Origin: a virus
Taxonomy: Duplodnaviria; Caudoviricetes
Virus record (IMG/VR): IMGVR_UViG_3300043715_000001
Location: 1 to 59,503 of that record
DNA length: 59,503 bases
Strand: one strand, 5' to 3'
Shown: piece by piece, positions 20,270-28,959 of the stretch
How positions within the stretch are numbered: the first letter of the stretch is position 1
Layout: each line of letters starts with the position of its first letter
Program-made: the position numbers and the translations under genes
The notes under the pieces: model-generated
Told to the model about the DNA's origin: nothing
Seen by the model: only the letters and a program-made list of their open reading frames with translations
The model's database searches: none

Positions 20270-20868
20270 CAGGCAGCCTCCGACATGAAGAGGTCGTTAT
20301 CGCGTGTGCCCTTAACAGAATTGCATGAGCTGCAGAGCAGTTGGAGATTGCTCGGCCAGTTCGAGCCACCCTTCGTCAATGCCAAGATATGATCAACCGT
20401 TAAATTATCACGGCAGCCGCAGCCCGGCTTGGCGCACACTCCGCCCTGCTTTAGACGGATCGCCGCGATGTCCGCTACTGTGTAATGGCCTTCAGCTCCT
20501 TTCCTACGAGCACGGCGATTGGCGCATCTAGCTCTCACCTTGTCGGGATCAGCGGCGCGCCGACGCCTCTCGGACTCCCTAGCTTTCTCCCGATTAAGCG
20601 CGTTCGACTTCTTACGTATCGCCTTGGCTCGATCGGGGCGCGCCTTCGCCCATGCCTCTCGCTGCGCCTTACACTCTTCTGGGTGTTCTTTGTACCAGCG
20701 GTGAGTTTTCTCCGGGTTATCCTTACGCCACTGCTCTGAGCACGCAACACAAGCTCCGCTGCTTGTATCTCTCTTTGCCACATGCCCATGCTTGCAGGAC
20801 ACACCAGTGAAGTAGCGCGTCGAGCCAAGAACCTTCGCCTCTTTCCGTGTGCTGGGCAAGCCGTCCAT
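20269..20868 (-). CDS. HNH endonuclease (paralog B)
   Basis: N-terminal TRKEAK..G..RYFTG..CKHGH..R......C..C; C-terminal LTVDHILALTKGGSNWPSNLQLLCSSCNSVK. Confidence 0.9.
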   Translation of the reverse strand: MDGLPSTRKEAKVLGSTRYFTGVSCKHGHVAKRDTSSGACVACSEQWRKDNPEKTHRWYKEHPEECKAQREAWAKARPDRAKAIRKKSNALNREKARESERRRRAADPDKVRARCANRRARRKGAEGHYTVADIAAIRLKQGGVCAKPGCGCRDNLTVDHILALTKGGSNWPSNLQLLCSSCNSVKGTRDNDLFMSEAA

Positions 20869-20876
20869 GTCGTCAC

Positions 20877-23162
20877 CTACTGTGTGGGCAGCGCCGTTCG
20901 TTGCCCGGCTTTCCTGGCATAATCAAAGACAGCATCGTGCATAAGCTCTGCAGCGCCACCTTGCTGCTCTATGAAGTTTTTCAAGGTGAGAACATCCCTA
21001 TAGTCCGGACCCTCTCCCGCCTTCAAAGCAGCGAGAACGCGATCGTGAGGAGCCTTGATGCTTGGGTTCTCCGCCGCGGCCTTGGCTGCCTTCTTCGCCG
21101 CCTTAGCAGCTTCCTCTTGCGCCATTGCCTGCTGGCTGGCCTGCTGCCGCCCGCGTATATCCTGGAGCGTCCTCACAAGACCTCCTGCTGTGTTGTCACG
21201 TGGCGCGATATCCGGAGCCTCATAGGTGGGCGCGCCAAGAGCGTCGTGGAATATCGGGCCTGATGGACGTGGTGCTACTATCGGGCTACCAAGCTCGTCA
21301 GTCGGCCCGCTCCAACGAGGTGGGCGCGTCGGGCCTGGGAGCGCGCCTGCTTGCGGAGCCGAGGGCCTAGCAGAAGAGACGTATGGATTTGGAACCGTAG
21401 GGGCCGCAATAGCCGCGCCGCCATTCTGGTGCGGCTCGAAATCGGTCACGCGGCCTTGGGTCAATCCGTGTCTAGCTAATACCTGACCTTCATACTCAGC
21501 TTTTGCCTGCGGTGTCTTCGGTAGCCCCCAAGCCTTATAGTAATCGGCGATCTCTTTGTTAGCATCCTCCAGCCGCTTCTCGTACATCTGCTGCTGCCGG
21601 ATGTTCATTGCAGAGCCGCTGCCGTCCGGAGATGGCGCACCGTACTGCGTGGAGGCCCACTGGTGAGACCGCGCCTCAGCCCCTAACGCCTCTATCCTGG
21701 CGCGATCCACCTGCCGCGAAAGCTCGTCGGTCGCCAGCTTGGAGTCATCGAGCACACGCTGCCGCATGGCGTCCGGAGACGCGTAGGACTGCGCCTTTCG
21801 GAAGATGCCATCGATGTCGGGCTTCCCGTCCTTGGTCGGCGGGAACATCTCATGTCCAGTGATCACTGGCCCTGTGGCAGTATTAACCGAGTACGCCGCG
21901 CCGATCGAGCCGTCTTTGTTGAGTTGGAAGGTCGGCGTGACCATGTCGGGGTGGTTCTTGCTGTACGCCTCCGTTAGCATCTGAAGCCCGCGCTGCGGGT
22001 CAACCTGCGCCACCTGCGCTGCCGTAGTGACGGCTTGCAAGTATTGCTTGGATGTCAAGTCGATGTTATCGCTGGCGATCTTTATCGCGGACTCTTTCAG
22101 CTTAGCCCCGGCCACCGGGTCAAACCTCATGAGGACATCCGCACGATGGTTCACGATGTCTGCGGGGTTGCGAGCCTGGACCTTGCTCGCGTCGGCCCAC
22201 CCAACATTACCGTTGGCGTCCACTGCCTTAACATACTGAGTTGCGGGAGCTGCAGGGGTAGCAGCTGGTGGGGCAGCTGGCGCATTTATGTTGTTTGGCA
22301 GTGCGCCAGTTGGAGCGCCAGTGGGCGTGATGAACTTGGGTCCGCCATCGGACGACGTTGGAACTGGCGCGGGCGCTGCGTCGGTCGCTGTGTTGGTGGG
22401 AAGCGCAGCCGTCTGCACCGGAGCCGACAAACCAAGCCCTCTGGCTTGCGCGTTCTGCCAACCCTGATCTGATAGCGGGAACTCGCCGCCAGCTTCCTGG
22501 CGCGCCATAGCTTTGGCGAGCACAAGCCCCTTCGGACTCGCAAGTATGTCGTGCGTTAGTACAGTATCAGGCGATAGACCTGTGGCCCTGGATACCAGCC
22601 CGGTGTACTCGGCAGAGCTATTACCCCCGCTCCACTTCCTGATCGCGGCCGACAGCGGCATCCCTGTGTAGCTGTGGTCGAGCAACGCGAAGTGCGCAGC
22701 CGCGCCAGACTCGCCGTCTGGGAAGATGGCGATCTTGTTGCCTTGCCCGTCGTTCAAATTCTGGGAGCCCGTTGCCCCGAACCGAGTCGCGGTAGGGTTC
22801 GGCCACATTGCGCCAGGGTTGTTGTAGCGCACAGATGCGGAGCCCGAGCGCGCGGGTGCCCCGGCTTGATACGTTGGAGGCGCGCCAGTAGCCGAGGGGT
22901 CCGTTGGCGACAAGCTAACGCCAGATGGAGCCGTGAACGTTGGAACGTTCAACTCGTCCATCAGCTGATTGTGGCGCATGTTGTCAGTGCGCTGCCAGCC
23001 AAACTGTTCTTGTGCGCGCGCGTCCTGCGCCTGCTTGAGCTTGAGTTCCTGGTCCTCGCGATCAGACTGCAGCTGCTGCAGCCGCAACTTCTCGCCAGTC
23101 TCAAGACCTTCCGCGAGTCCGCCCGCCATGTTGGAGGCGATGACGCCCCATCCAGCTGCCAT
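20877..23162 (-). CDS. Internal virion/ejection protein with lysozyme-like domain
   Basis: SVRYNNPGAM...IAIFPDGESGAAA...IRKWSGG..Y...V...G..PD motif of virion-associated lysozyme-like domains; position between ejection genes. Confidence 0.65.
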   Translation of the reverse strand: MAAGWGVIASNMAGGLAEGLETGEKLRLQQLQSDREDQELKLKQAQDARAQEQFGWQRTDNMRHNQLMDELNVPTFTAPSGVSLSPTDPSATGAPPTYQAGAPARSGSASVRYNNPGAMWPNPTATRFGATGSQNLNDGQGNKIAIFPDGESGAAAHFALLDHSYTGMPLSAAIRKWSGGNSSAEYTGLVSRATGLSPDTVLTHDILASPKGLVLAKAMARQEAGGEFPLSDQGWQNAQARGLGLSAPVQTAALPTNTATDAAPAPVPTSSDGGPKFITPTGAPTGALPNNINAPAAPPAATPAAPATQYVKAVDANGNVGWADASKVQARNPADIVNHRADVLMRFDPVAGAKLKESAIKIASDNIDLTSKQYLQAVTTAAQVAQVDPQRGLQMLTEAYSKNHPDMVTPTFQLNKDGSIGAAYSVNTATGPVITGHEMFPPTKDGKPDIDGIFRKAQSYASPDAMRQRVLDDSKLATDELSRQVDRARIEALGAEARSHQWASTQYGAPSPDGSGSAMNIRQQQMYEKRLEDANKEIADYYKAWGLPKTPQAKAEYEGQVLARHGLTQGRVTDFEPHQNGGAAIAAPTVPNPYVSSARPSAPQAGALPGPTRPPRWSGPTDELGSPIVAPRPSGPIFHDALGAPTYEAPDIAPRDNTAGGLVRTLQDIRGRQQASQQAMAQEEAAKAAKKAAKAAAENPSIKAPHDRVLAALKAGEGPDYRDVLTLKNFIEQQGGAAELMHDAVFDYARKAGQRTALPTQ

Positions 23163-23171
23163 TGTGGTCTC

Positions 23172-24056
23172 CTATACCAGCGCCATCAGGCCGAGCTTGC
23201 TCATCATGCTGCCGAAGACCGAGTTCGATCCAGCCGACCCCAGAGTTCCGAACAGCCTGCCGAGACCAGTCCCGAGGCTCGTCGACGCGTCGGCTGATAT
23301 GTTGGCCGCGCCGAGCTTCGCCCACACGTCGGTGTTGTTGTTAAGCGCGCTGAGGTTCAAGCCGTAGCCCTGCATCGGGACCGCCGCGCTTTGGTTAGCA
23401 CCTGAGAGCGCCGCGTTAGCAACTCCGAATGCGCCGGTGGCCGCGTTCTGGGCCGTAGAGCCGAAGCCCTGGATCATGCCTTGACCGCCACTCGCGAAGT
23501 TAGCGGCGTCACCCTGGAGCTGGATGCCCATGTTGCGCGCGGTGTTGCGCGCCCGGTTCATCGCGCCCGCCTCGATTGCCGCACTCTGGGTCGCAGCCTG
23601 CTGCCGTTCAGCAACAGCCGCTGGAGAGTTCGCGCTAATGCCGAGAGCTGCGTTCCGACGCGCCAAGTCGCCCTGCTGTGCTGTGACAGCTGCGCCCACG
23701 TCGCCCTTGGCCAGCGCCGCCTGCCGCTCAAACTCCTGCGGGGCGCTGTATTTTTGCACGGTCTGGTAGAAGGCGTCTTGCGCGGGCCTGCCGTACTTGT
23801 CGTACTGCGCCTCGGCGCTCTTCATCTCCTTGGCCTGGATACCGTAGATCGTATTGAGATCGCCCTGCGTCTCGAGAGATGCCTTACTTTGTTGCGCCAA
23901 CATAGGTGCGATTATATTGTTGTAGTAATTCTCAGAGAAGTTCTCTGCTTTCTGCCCCGTCGCTGCGGCTGCGTTCATAGCGGACGCTATCTGTGGGTCA
24001 TACTCACTTTTCACACCCTTTCCGCCCCCGCAGACTTCTTTGCCTAGTCTTTTCAT
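23172..24056 (-). CDS. DNA transfer/pilot (ejection) protein
   Basis: Ala/Gln/Gly-rich helical protein with hydrophobic Gly-rich C-terminus; follows the GNAT gene. Confidence 0.6.
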   Translation of the reverse strand: MKRLGKEVCGGGKGVKSEYDPQIASAMNAAAATGQKAENFSENYYNNIIAPMLAQQSKASLETQGDLNTIYGIQAKEMKSAEAQYDKYGRPAQDAFYQTVQKYSAPQEFERQAALAKGDVGAAVTAQQGDLARRNAALGISANSPAAVAERQQAATQSAAIEAGAMNRARNTARNMGIQLQGDAANFASGGQGMIQGFGSTAQNAATGAFGVANAALSGANQSAAVPMQGYGLNLSALNNNTDVWAKLGAANISADASTSLGTGLGRLFGTLGSAGSNSVFGSMMSKLGLMALV

Positions 24057-24586
24057 TGTCTGAACCCCGGTGTGGAAAATTCTCCGAATGCTTTATCTGC
24101 GGCGATCTGATACTTGAAGCTGGCGGCTGCTGGACAATCGAAATATCCCAGATGCTTTCGTCTCTTATCTTCCCCGATGTGAGAGGCGTATTTGCCTACA
24201 CCGCGGTGGTACGAGACACCTTTCGGCAAGCCGCTGAGCTTGTGCTCACTCACTACCTTGTTAGCGTTCTGCTGCCCTTTCGTTGCCGCACGAAGGTTAC
24301 CCGGCCTATTGTTAAGCGGCTTACGGTCTTCGTGATCGATGGTCTCCCCATCGCACAAGGGTGGACGCCCTAACAGAACCCATGCAATCTGATGGGCATA
24401 CGCAACAATCTCCTGCCCTTCAGCGCCGACTACCCGGAACCCCGGATATCCTTTGCTCAACAAACTGCCCGTAAAACCATCACTTCGTCTGCTAACAACT
24501 CCAGCTTCAGTGTCGTAGTCAAAGTTTGCGAGGCACCACCAGTAGCCCATCACCGGGTACGTGTAATCAAATCTGATGTTAGCCAC
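24053..24586 (-). CDS. HNH-AP2 homing endonuclease
   Basis: IDHEDRKPLNNRPGNLRAAT plus AP2-like KGVSYH...KY...I......HLGYF....A...Y..AA...FGEF. Confidence 0.85.
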   Translation of the reverse strand: MANIRFDYTYPVMGYWWCLANFDYDTEAGVVSRRSDGFTGSLLSKGYPGFRVVGAEGQEIVAYAHQIAWVLLGRPPLCDGETIDHEDRKPLNNRPGNLRAATKGQQNANKVVSEHKLSGLPKGVSYHRGVGKYASHIGEDKRRKHLGYFDCPAAASFKYQIAADKAFGEFSTPGFRQ

Positions 24587-25010
24587 GTCGAAGCTCCGTT
24601 AGCCATCGACACTCGTGCCGGTGCATCGCATATATAAAGGCATCTTGGCCACGGTGTCCAGCACCTGTTAGCACCGCCTCTTTCCGAAATCCTAGTTTTT
24701 CATCGAAGTGAATAGCTAACTCGTTGTCGGACTCAACGAGTCCTGTTAGGCGGTTTAACCCTAGCTCGTCGAAAGCGAACCGGAAAGTCTTGTAGATATA
24801 GTCACGCGTGAGCCAACGCCTCCTGGTGTCCGCCGCCACATGGATAAAGGCGTTCACACCATTGGAGTCCTGCAGCACCACAGCCGCAACAATTTCGTCG
24901 TCTATACAATTCACAATCGAAAAAGTGCACGGGCTCCAGTAAACAGGAACATACCTGTTAAGAAAGGCAAAGCCCTGGTCATCGGCGCGTGTGACAAAGT
25001 ACCGAGACAT
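24579..25010 (-). CDS. GNAT acetyltransferase-like virion assembly protein
   Basis: FRFAFDELGLNRLTGLVESDNELAIHFDEKLGFRKEAVL; typical position before ejection genes. Confidence 0.8.
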   Translation of the reverse strand: MSRYFVTRADDQGFAFLNRYVPVYWSPCTFSIVNCIDDEIVAAVVLQDSNGVNAFIHVAADTRRRWLTRDYIYKTFRFAFDELGLNRLTGLVESDNELAIHFDEKLGFRKEAVLTGAGHRGQDAFIYAMHRHECRWLTELRRG

Positions 25011-25075
25011 CACGTCCCCGCCGCCATCGCGAGCGCGATTATGATGACGAGGATTATCGCCAGAAGAAGCCCCAT
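25010..25075 (-). CDS. 21-aa hydrophobic micropeptide
   Basis: GGAGG RBS; MGLLLAIILVIIIALAMAAGT; TGATG coupling to the GNAT gene. Confidence 0.6.
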   Translation of the reverse strand: MGLLLAIILVIIIALAMAAGT

Positions 25076-25078
25076 CTG

Positions 25079-25138
25079 TTAGCCTCCAGAAAAGAGCCAC
25101 GCAATCAAGAGCACGATAATCAGAATTATAATCGGCAT
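25079..25138 (-). CDS. 19-aa hydrophobic micropeptide
   Basis: GGGGGAG RBS; MPIIILIIVLLIAWLFSGG. Confidence 0.6.
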   Translation of the reverse strand: MPIIILIIVLLIAWLFSGG

Positions 25139-25148
25139 CTGTCTCCCC

Positions 25149-25205
25149 CTACACAAAGAACATCATGATAAGAAGAAAAAGGAATACAAGAAAAATCCAG
25201 CCCAT
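25149..25205 (-). CDS. 18-aa hydrophobic micropeptide
   Basis: GAGGA RBS, TGATG coupling; MGWIFLVFLFLLIMMFFV. Confidence 0.6.
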   Translation of the reverse strand: MGWIFLVFLFLLIMMFFV

Positions 25206-25375
25206 CACTGCTTATCCTCAGGCTGAGCTTTCTCCTCTACATGCGCCGCAGTATGCGGCTTCAAGAAAGAAGATACATACCACATTACTTGCGTCACCCT
25301 AAACAAAACAGCTATGTTGAGCACGCACAGGAATATCATCAAGTATATAATAACGTTAGCATGTTCTGTGGTCAT
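25205..25375 (-). CDS. 56-aa single-TM protein
   Basis: ATGA coupling with upstream gene; MTTEHANVIIYLMIFLCVLNIAVLFRVTQVMWYVSSFLKPH... Confidence 0.65.
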   Translation of the reverse strand: MTTEHANVIIYLMIFLCVLNIAVLFRVTQVMWYVSSFLKPHTAAHVEEKAQPEDKQ

Positions 25376-25689
25376 GGCGTGTCTTTCTCTACGTTAACAA
25401 TAACGCCCTGAGATTTCCGAGCCACGAGTTCAGCTTTGACTATAGGGTTCCCCATGATCTGATCGAGCTGCGTCGATATTTTAGTCAGCATCAACGCCAT
25501 GTCGTGGATGCGATTATCGGTGTCCCGGTTCTGCTCGTGAAGCCGCTCCACGTCGATGCGTATGCGCTCCACGTCACGATCCACCCCTTGGATTTGCTGC
25601 TTCGTCACACCAAACAAATATGCGAACGCCGCGATATTGGCGAGAACAGTCAGCACTATCGGTCCACCGACACTCCAGTTTATCTCCAC
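25372..25689 (-). CDS. N-terminal TM plus coiled-coil protein (holin/antiholin-like topology)
   Basis: IVLTVLANIAAFAYLFGV followed by a heptad-like region. Confidence 0.6.
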   Translation of the reverse strand: MEINWSVGGPIVLTVLANIAAFAYLFGVTKQQIQGVDRDVERIRIDVERLHEQNRDTDNRIHDMALMLTKISTQLDQIMGNPIVKAELVARKSQGVIVNVEKDTP

Positions 25690-25700
25690 GGTAGTACTCT

Positions 25701-25889
25701 CTATGAAAGCCTATCAATTATCTGGTTCACAGCCGTGATCACTTGCGCCAGCGTGGCCGAACTCTGCAGCGGCGTTAGCTTATCGCCACGCACACCTGTT
25801 AGCAACTCCAAATTCTCCTTTACCACTGTCAGCATAGGGCGAAGGTCTGGATACCCTGGAGGCGGAGAGGGAATAGCTGAGCGTTTCAT
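25701..25889 (-). CDS. Small tail-associated protein
   Basis: MKRSAIPS...VKENLELLTGVRG..LTPL...ATLAQVITAVNQII; ATGA coupling. Confidence 0.65.
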   Translation of the reverse strand: MKRSAIPSPPPGYPDLRPMLTVVKENLELLTGVRGDKLTPLQSSATLAQVITAVNQIIDRLS

Positions 25890-27958
25890 GTCGCCACCAT
25901 TTCCTGAACTGTAGTCGCGATCGACACCGACCGGATGCTGACGGTCCCGTTGATGGCCATCTCGATAGTTTTGCTCTTGAACGCCGGGATGCGGTGACAC
26001 CCGAAGTCGGAGAACGACATCGTCACCTTCAGCTGCTCGTCGCCGTAGATCATGACTTGCGCCGTGAGCAGCGCAGCGAACGGCGGGATGTTGGCCATGA
26101 TGCTGCCGTCGACGGTGTACACGTCGAGAGGCGTGGAGTTCAGAGCGCCCAGAAGATTACTGCTGAACAGCGCCGCGTTGGCTGCCTTCTCAGCTGCAGT
26201 TTGCGCGTTGTAAGCTGACGCCACCGCCTGCTGCGCGAAGTCGCCGTCGACCTTGATCACCGAGAACGTCGTCACCTGCGGCATGACAAACCGCTTGGAC
26301 ATCCACTTGTAATTCAGCGGGTTCAGTGGGTCGGCGTCGGCCTGGAAGATAGTGTTCGACGGGGGGTCCACATAGTAGAGGTTGCCATTCTGCGCGTCGA
26401 CGTGCACCGCGTTGGCCGCGATGTCGACGGTCGACATGGCCGGGGTGTCGTCTATACTGAGCACGAACGGCGTGTAGCCGGACAGGCTTGGGTACAGTCC
26501 GAAATACTTGGTGTCGTACAACGTCGCGATGAGGTTCGCCGGAAGCAGCGCCTGCCACTCGTCGCGCCTGAACAGCGGCGTCGTCTGCACGCCAGAGCCA
26601 CCGGGGCCGACTTGCATCATGCCGTTCGGACTGGCGTACCAGATGCCCGCACCTGTGGCGACGATCGACCGTTTCGTGAGGCACGGCTCAAGAGCCGGGA
26701 TGCGCTGCACCGACATGGCACCAGGTATTCCCCCGTCGATGACGTAAGGATACCGGTCAGTCATCACAGCGAGAGACGAGCCGAACACGCCAAGGCCGAC
26801 GATGGGGTTCGGCAGCGCGATGGCATAATTAAGTGGCCATGCGTGGGGGAAGTCCGGCTCAGAAAAGTAGACAGTGTTGCCGGTGAACCCAGCCAGCGCG
26901 CCGGACGGCAAGCTCACCAACCCCTTGAGTGTCGACGGTGGGGGCGTCCACGTGAGCGTCCCGAGCGCATTCCCGAGCGCCGTAGGCCCGAGACTGTCCG
27001 CGTAGGATGTCGTGGCTATGGGTATCGACGCCACGAACAGATACTCGTCCGTGGTCGCGCCGGTCACGCTGCGGTATATGTTAATCCCGGTGATGTTGTA
27101 GTTCGTCGTCGGCGGCGAGGCGAAGGTGTTAACTGTGACCGTGTCGCCCGTGTACGGCAGGGTGCCGGGTCCGTCGTACAGCTGGACGATGCTCGACGGC
27201 GGCGACGGCGCACTCTCCTCAGTGACTGCCCCAAACGTCGACGTGTAGGTGTAGACGTAGGTCCGGTTCTCCGGGTTGTCGTCGGCGTACATGGTGATGA
27301 CGCCGGACTGCGTGCCCGCGGTGCAGTCGATCGACGTGGTGGCGTATAGGTCGATCCCAAGCTCGTATGTGTTCGTGGTCACATTGCGGGCGAAATACTG
27401 ATTGCCTGATGTGAGATTGGTGGGGAGCGCGCCACCAGCTGAGATGTGGGGCTCGACAATCTGTCCAGCAACATACCCGTGTGCGGTCTGGGTGACGACG
27501 CCGGGGTTGGCTGAGGTGATCGTGACCGTGACGCCACCGCCGCGGGCGACTGTGCAATGCGGCGCGCTGACGGGCGCGGGAACGCCCATGTTGAGCCAGC
27601 TGCGCGGGAAAGGTCCGGTCCCCGTGTTGACCAGAGTCTCATTGCTCTTCTTGGGGACACCGTCCCCAGTGTAATAGAACCGATAGTCGGACACGTCGGC
27701 GATCGGCGACAGCGCCACGTCGACGCCAGCATTAGCCCACGCCAACCAATAAGGCGTCGGCGACGACGCATAATACTTGAAGATGGATTGGCAATTGGAC
27801 GGCAGCGTAGCTGACTGCGCCACCGGTCCCTTCCAGTATCGAAGCTCGTGCGAATAGAGCTTGACGTTATCCGCCAGCTGCGCTTGGTTGTCCGCCAACA
27901 TAGTTGGGGACGTGCGCGGGACGATCCCGTCGAACCCTACCAACGAGAGTTTAGGCAC
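25886..27958 (-). CDS. Tail nozzle/stabilization (beta-propeller-type) protein
   Basis: FDGIVPRTSP.ML....AQ.A.N, YVYTY...FG..EESAPSP, FSEPDFPHAWP, YASPNGM; inserted beta domain TITSANPGVVT..AHG; GTG start. Confidence 0.75.
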   Translation of the reverse strand: MPKLSLVGFDGIVPRTSPTMLADNQAQLADNVKLYSHELRYWKGPVAQSATLPSNCQSIFKYYASSPTPYWLAWANAGVDVALSPIADVSDYRFYYTGDGVPKKSNETLVNTGTGPFPRSWLNMGVPAPVSAPHCTVARGGGVTVTITSANPGVVTQTAHGYVAGQIVEPHISAGGALPTNLTSGNQYFARNVTTNTYELGIDLYATTSIDCTAGTQSGVITMYADDNPENRTYVYTYTSTFGAVTEESAPSPPSSIVQLYDGPGTLPYTGDTVTVNTFASPPTTNYNITGINIYRSVTGATTDEYLFVASIPIATTSYADSLGPTALGNALGTLTWTPPPSTLKGLVSLPSGALAGFTGNTVYFSEPDFPHAWPLNYAIALPNPIVGLGVFGSSLAVMTDRYPYVIDGGIPGAMSVQRIPALEPCLTKRSIVATGAGIWYASPNGMMQVGPGGSGVQTTPLFRRDEWQALLPANLIATLYDTKYFGLYPSLSGYTPFVLSIDDTPAMSTVDIAANAVHVDAQNGNLYYVDPPSNTIFQADADPLNPLNYKWMSKRFVMPQVTTFSVIKVDGDFAQQAVASAYNAQTAAEKAANAALFSSNLLGALNSTPLDVYTVDGSIMANIPPFAALLTAQVMIYGDEQLKVTMSFSDFGCHRIPAFKSKTIEMAINGTVSIRSVSIATTVQEMVAT

Positions 27959-27962
27959 CGTC

Positions 27963-28103
27963 TCAGCCCTTCTTCTTAGCCTTCTTGTCCTCCCGCTTCT
28001 CACCAGCTGCGTATTGCTTCTTGGTGATCTTGCCGGATTTGAGAGCGCGAGCCTCAGCGTCCTCTTCACGCTTCGACTCCTTGCCTGTGAATAGCTTAAC
28101 CAT
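27963..28103 (-). CDS. 46-aa basic peptide
   Basis: GAGG RBS, TGATG coupling; MVKLFTGKESKREEDAEARALKSGKITKKQYAAGEKREDKKAKKKG. Confidence 0.55.
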   Translation of the reverse strand: MVKLFTGKESKREEDAEARALKSGKITKKQYAAGEKREDKKAKKKG

Positions 28104-28288
28104 CAGCCTCTATAAACCTTGTCAGGTTGCTCGGTTTTACCGTTCGCTATGTCAGCGAACGGCGCTACGGCCTTGCCCGCTCCTTTGGGTGCAGGGGCAG
28201 GCTTCCCTTGCGGGCCACGATCCATGACGCCTCCGCCACAATCTGGCTCGCCGGTAGTCTTCTTGTCTATGAAAGGAACAGCCCCCAT
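28103..28288 (-). CDS. Small Gly/Pro/Lys-rich hypothetical protein
   Basis: Tightly packed ORF in the late operon. Confidence 0.5.
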   Translation of the reverse strand: MGAVPFIDKKTTGEPDCGGGVMDRGPQGKPAPAPKGAGKAVAPFADIANGKTEQPDKVYRG

Positions 28289-28292
28289 CGGC

Positions 28293-28538
28293 TCAGCGGC
28301 CCTTCTTCTTACCGCCGCCAATAAACCCGCCAGGGCTGTCAGGCTTGTCAACCTGTCCTGCCGCAGCTTTAGGGTTCATCGGAGCCGTGCTTGGCTTGCC
28401 TTGGCCTGGTCGATCGAGTGGAACCTTGCGGCCCATAGGCCCGCGATCGGAGACACCGCCCGCTTCATCCGGCCCCATCCTAAGTAGGCTACCACCGGGC
28501 TCATAAGCCGGGTGCGTCTTTGCTCGTTCCTGATCCAT
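28293..28538 (-). CDS. Small Gly/Pro/Lys-rich hypothetical protein
   Basis: Tightly packed ORF; shares a DRGP.G motif with the downstream ORF. Confidence 0.5.
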   Translation of the reverse strand: MDQERAKTHPAYEPGGSLLRMGPDEAGGVSDRGPMGRKVPLDRPGQGKPSTAPMNPKAAAGQVDKPDSPGGFIGGGKKKGR

Positions 28539-28626
28539 ATCATTCTCTCGTGTTAACAGTGCTGTGCTGTGCTACGGGCCACAACCGCCCTTACATATAA
28601 CGCTTAACATAGTTAGCAAGTGGCGT

Positions 28627-28950
28627 CTATCCTTCGATCAGACGCTGGGGTATATCCCCGAGGGCCAGCTGCCTTGTAATGGCGGCGCGGTCGGCGCGCG
28701 TGACCATTTCGTTCCGGAAGCTCTCAGTCGCGGCAGCGCCAGACTGCGCCATCTTGGCGATCTCGAAAAGACCAGTCAGAAGCCACGCGTCAGTGCAATC
28801 CCACGCGTCGACGGGCGCGCCTGTGGTCGGGTCCGTGCCCCGCACCTGCTTCCACAGCGGGCACTTGTGGCACACCCGTGACATCGGGACTTCTTTCGGT
28901 AGGCACCGATGGCAGTTCTTGTCGGCTGGGCCATGGGGGACTTGCGACAT
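28627..28950 (-). CDS. Conserved Cys-rich tail-fibre-associated protein
   Basis: C..C.LW..VRGTDP.TG..VD.W.C...W...AAATESFRNEMV pattern; directly follows the collar-type fibre gene. Confidence 0.7.
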   Translation of the reverse strand: MSQVPHGPADKNCHRCLPKEVPMSRVCHKCPLWKQVRGTDPTTGAPVDAWDCTDAWLLTGLFEIAKMAQSGAAATESFRNEMVTRADRAAITRQLALGDIPQRLIEG

Positions 28951-28959
28951 GTTAGCTCC

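Noticed and set aside
24744-24760. TGTTAGGCGGTTTAACC as a tenth palindrome copy
   Set aside because: Three mismatches break the dyad; cannot be distinguished from chance
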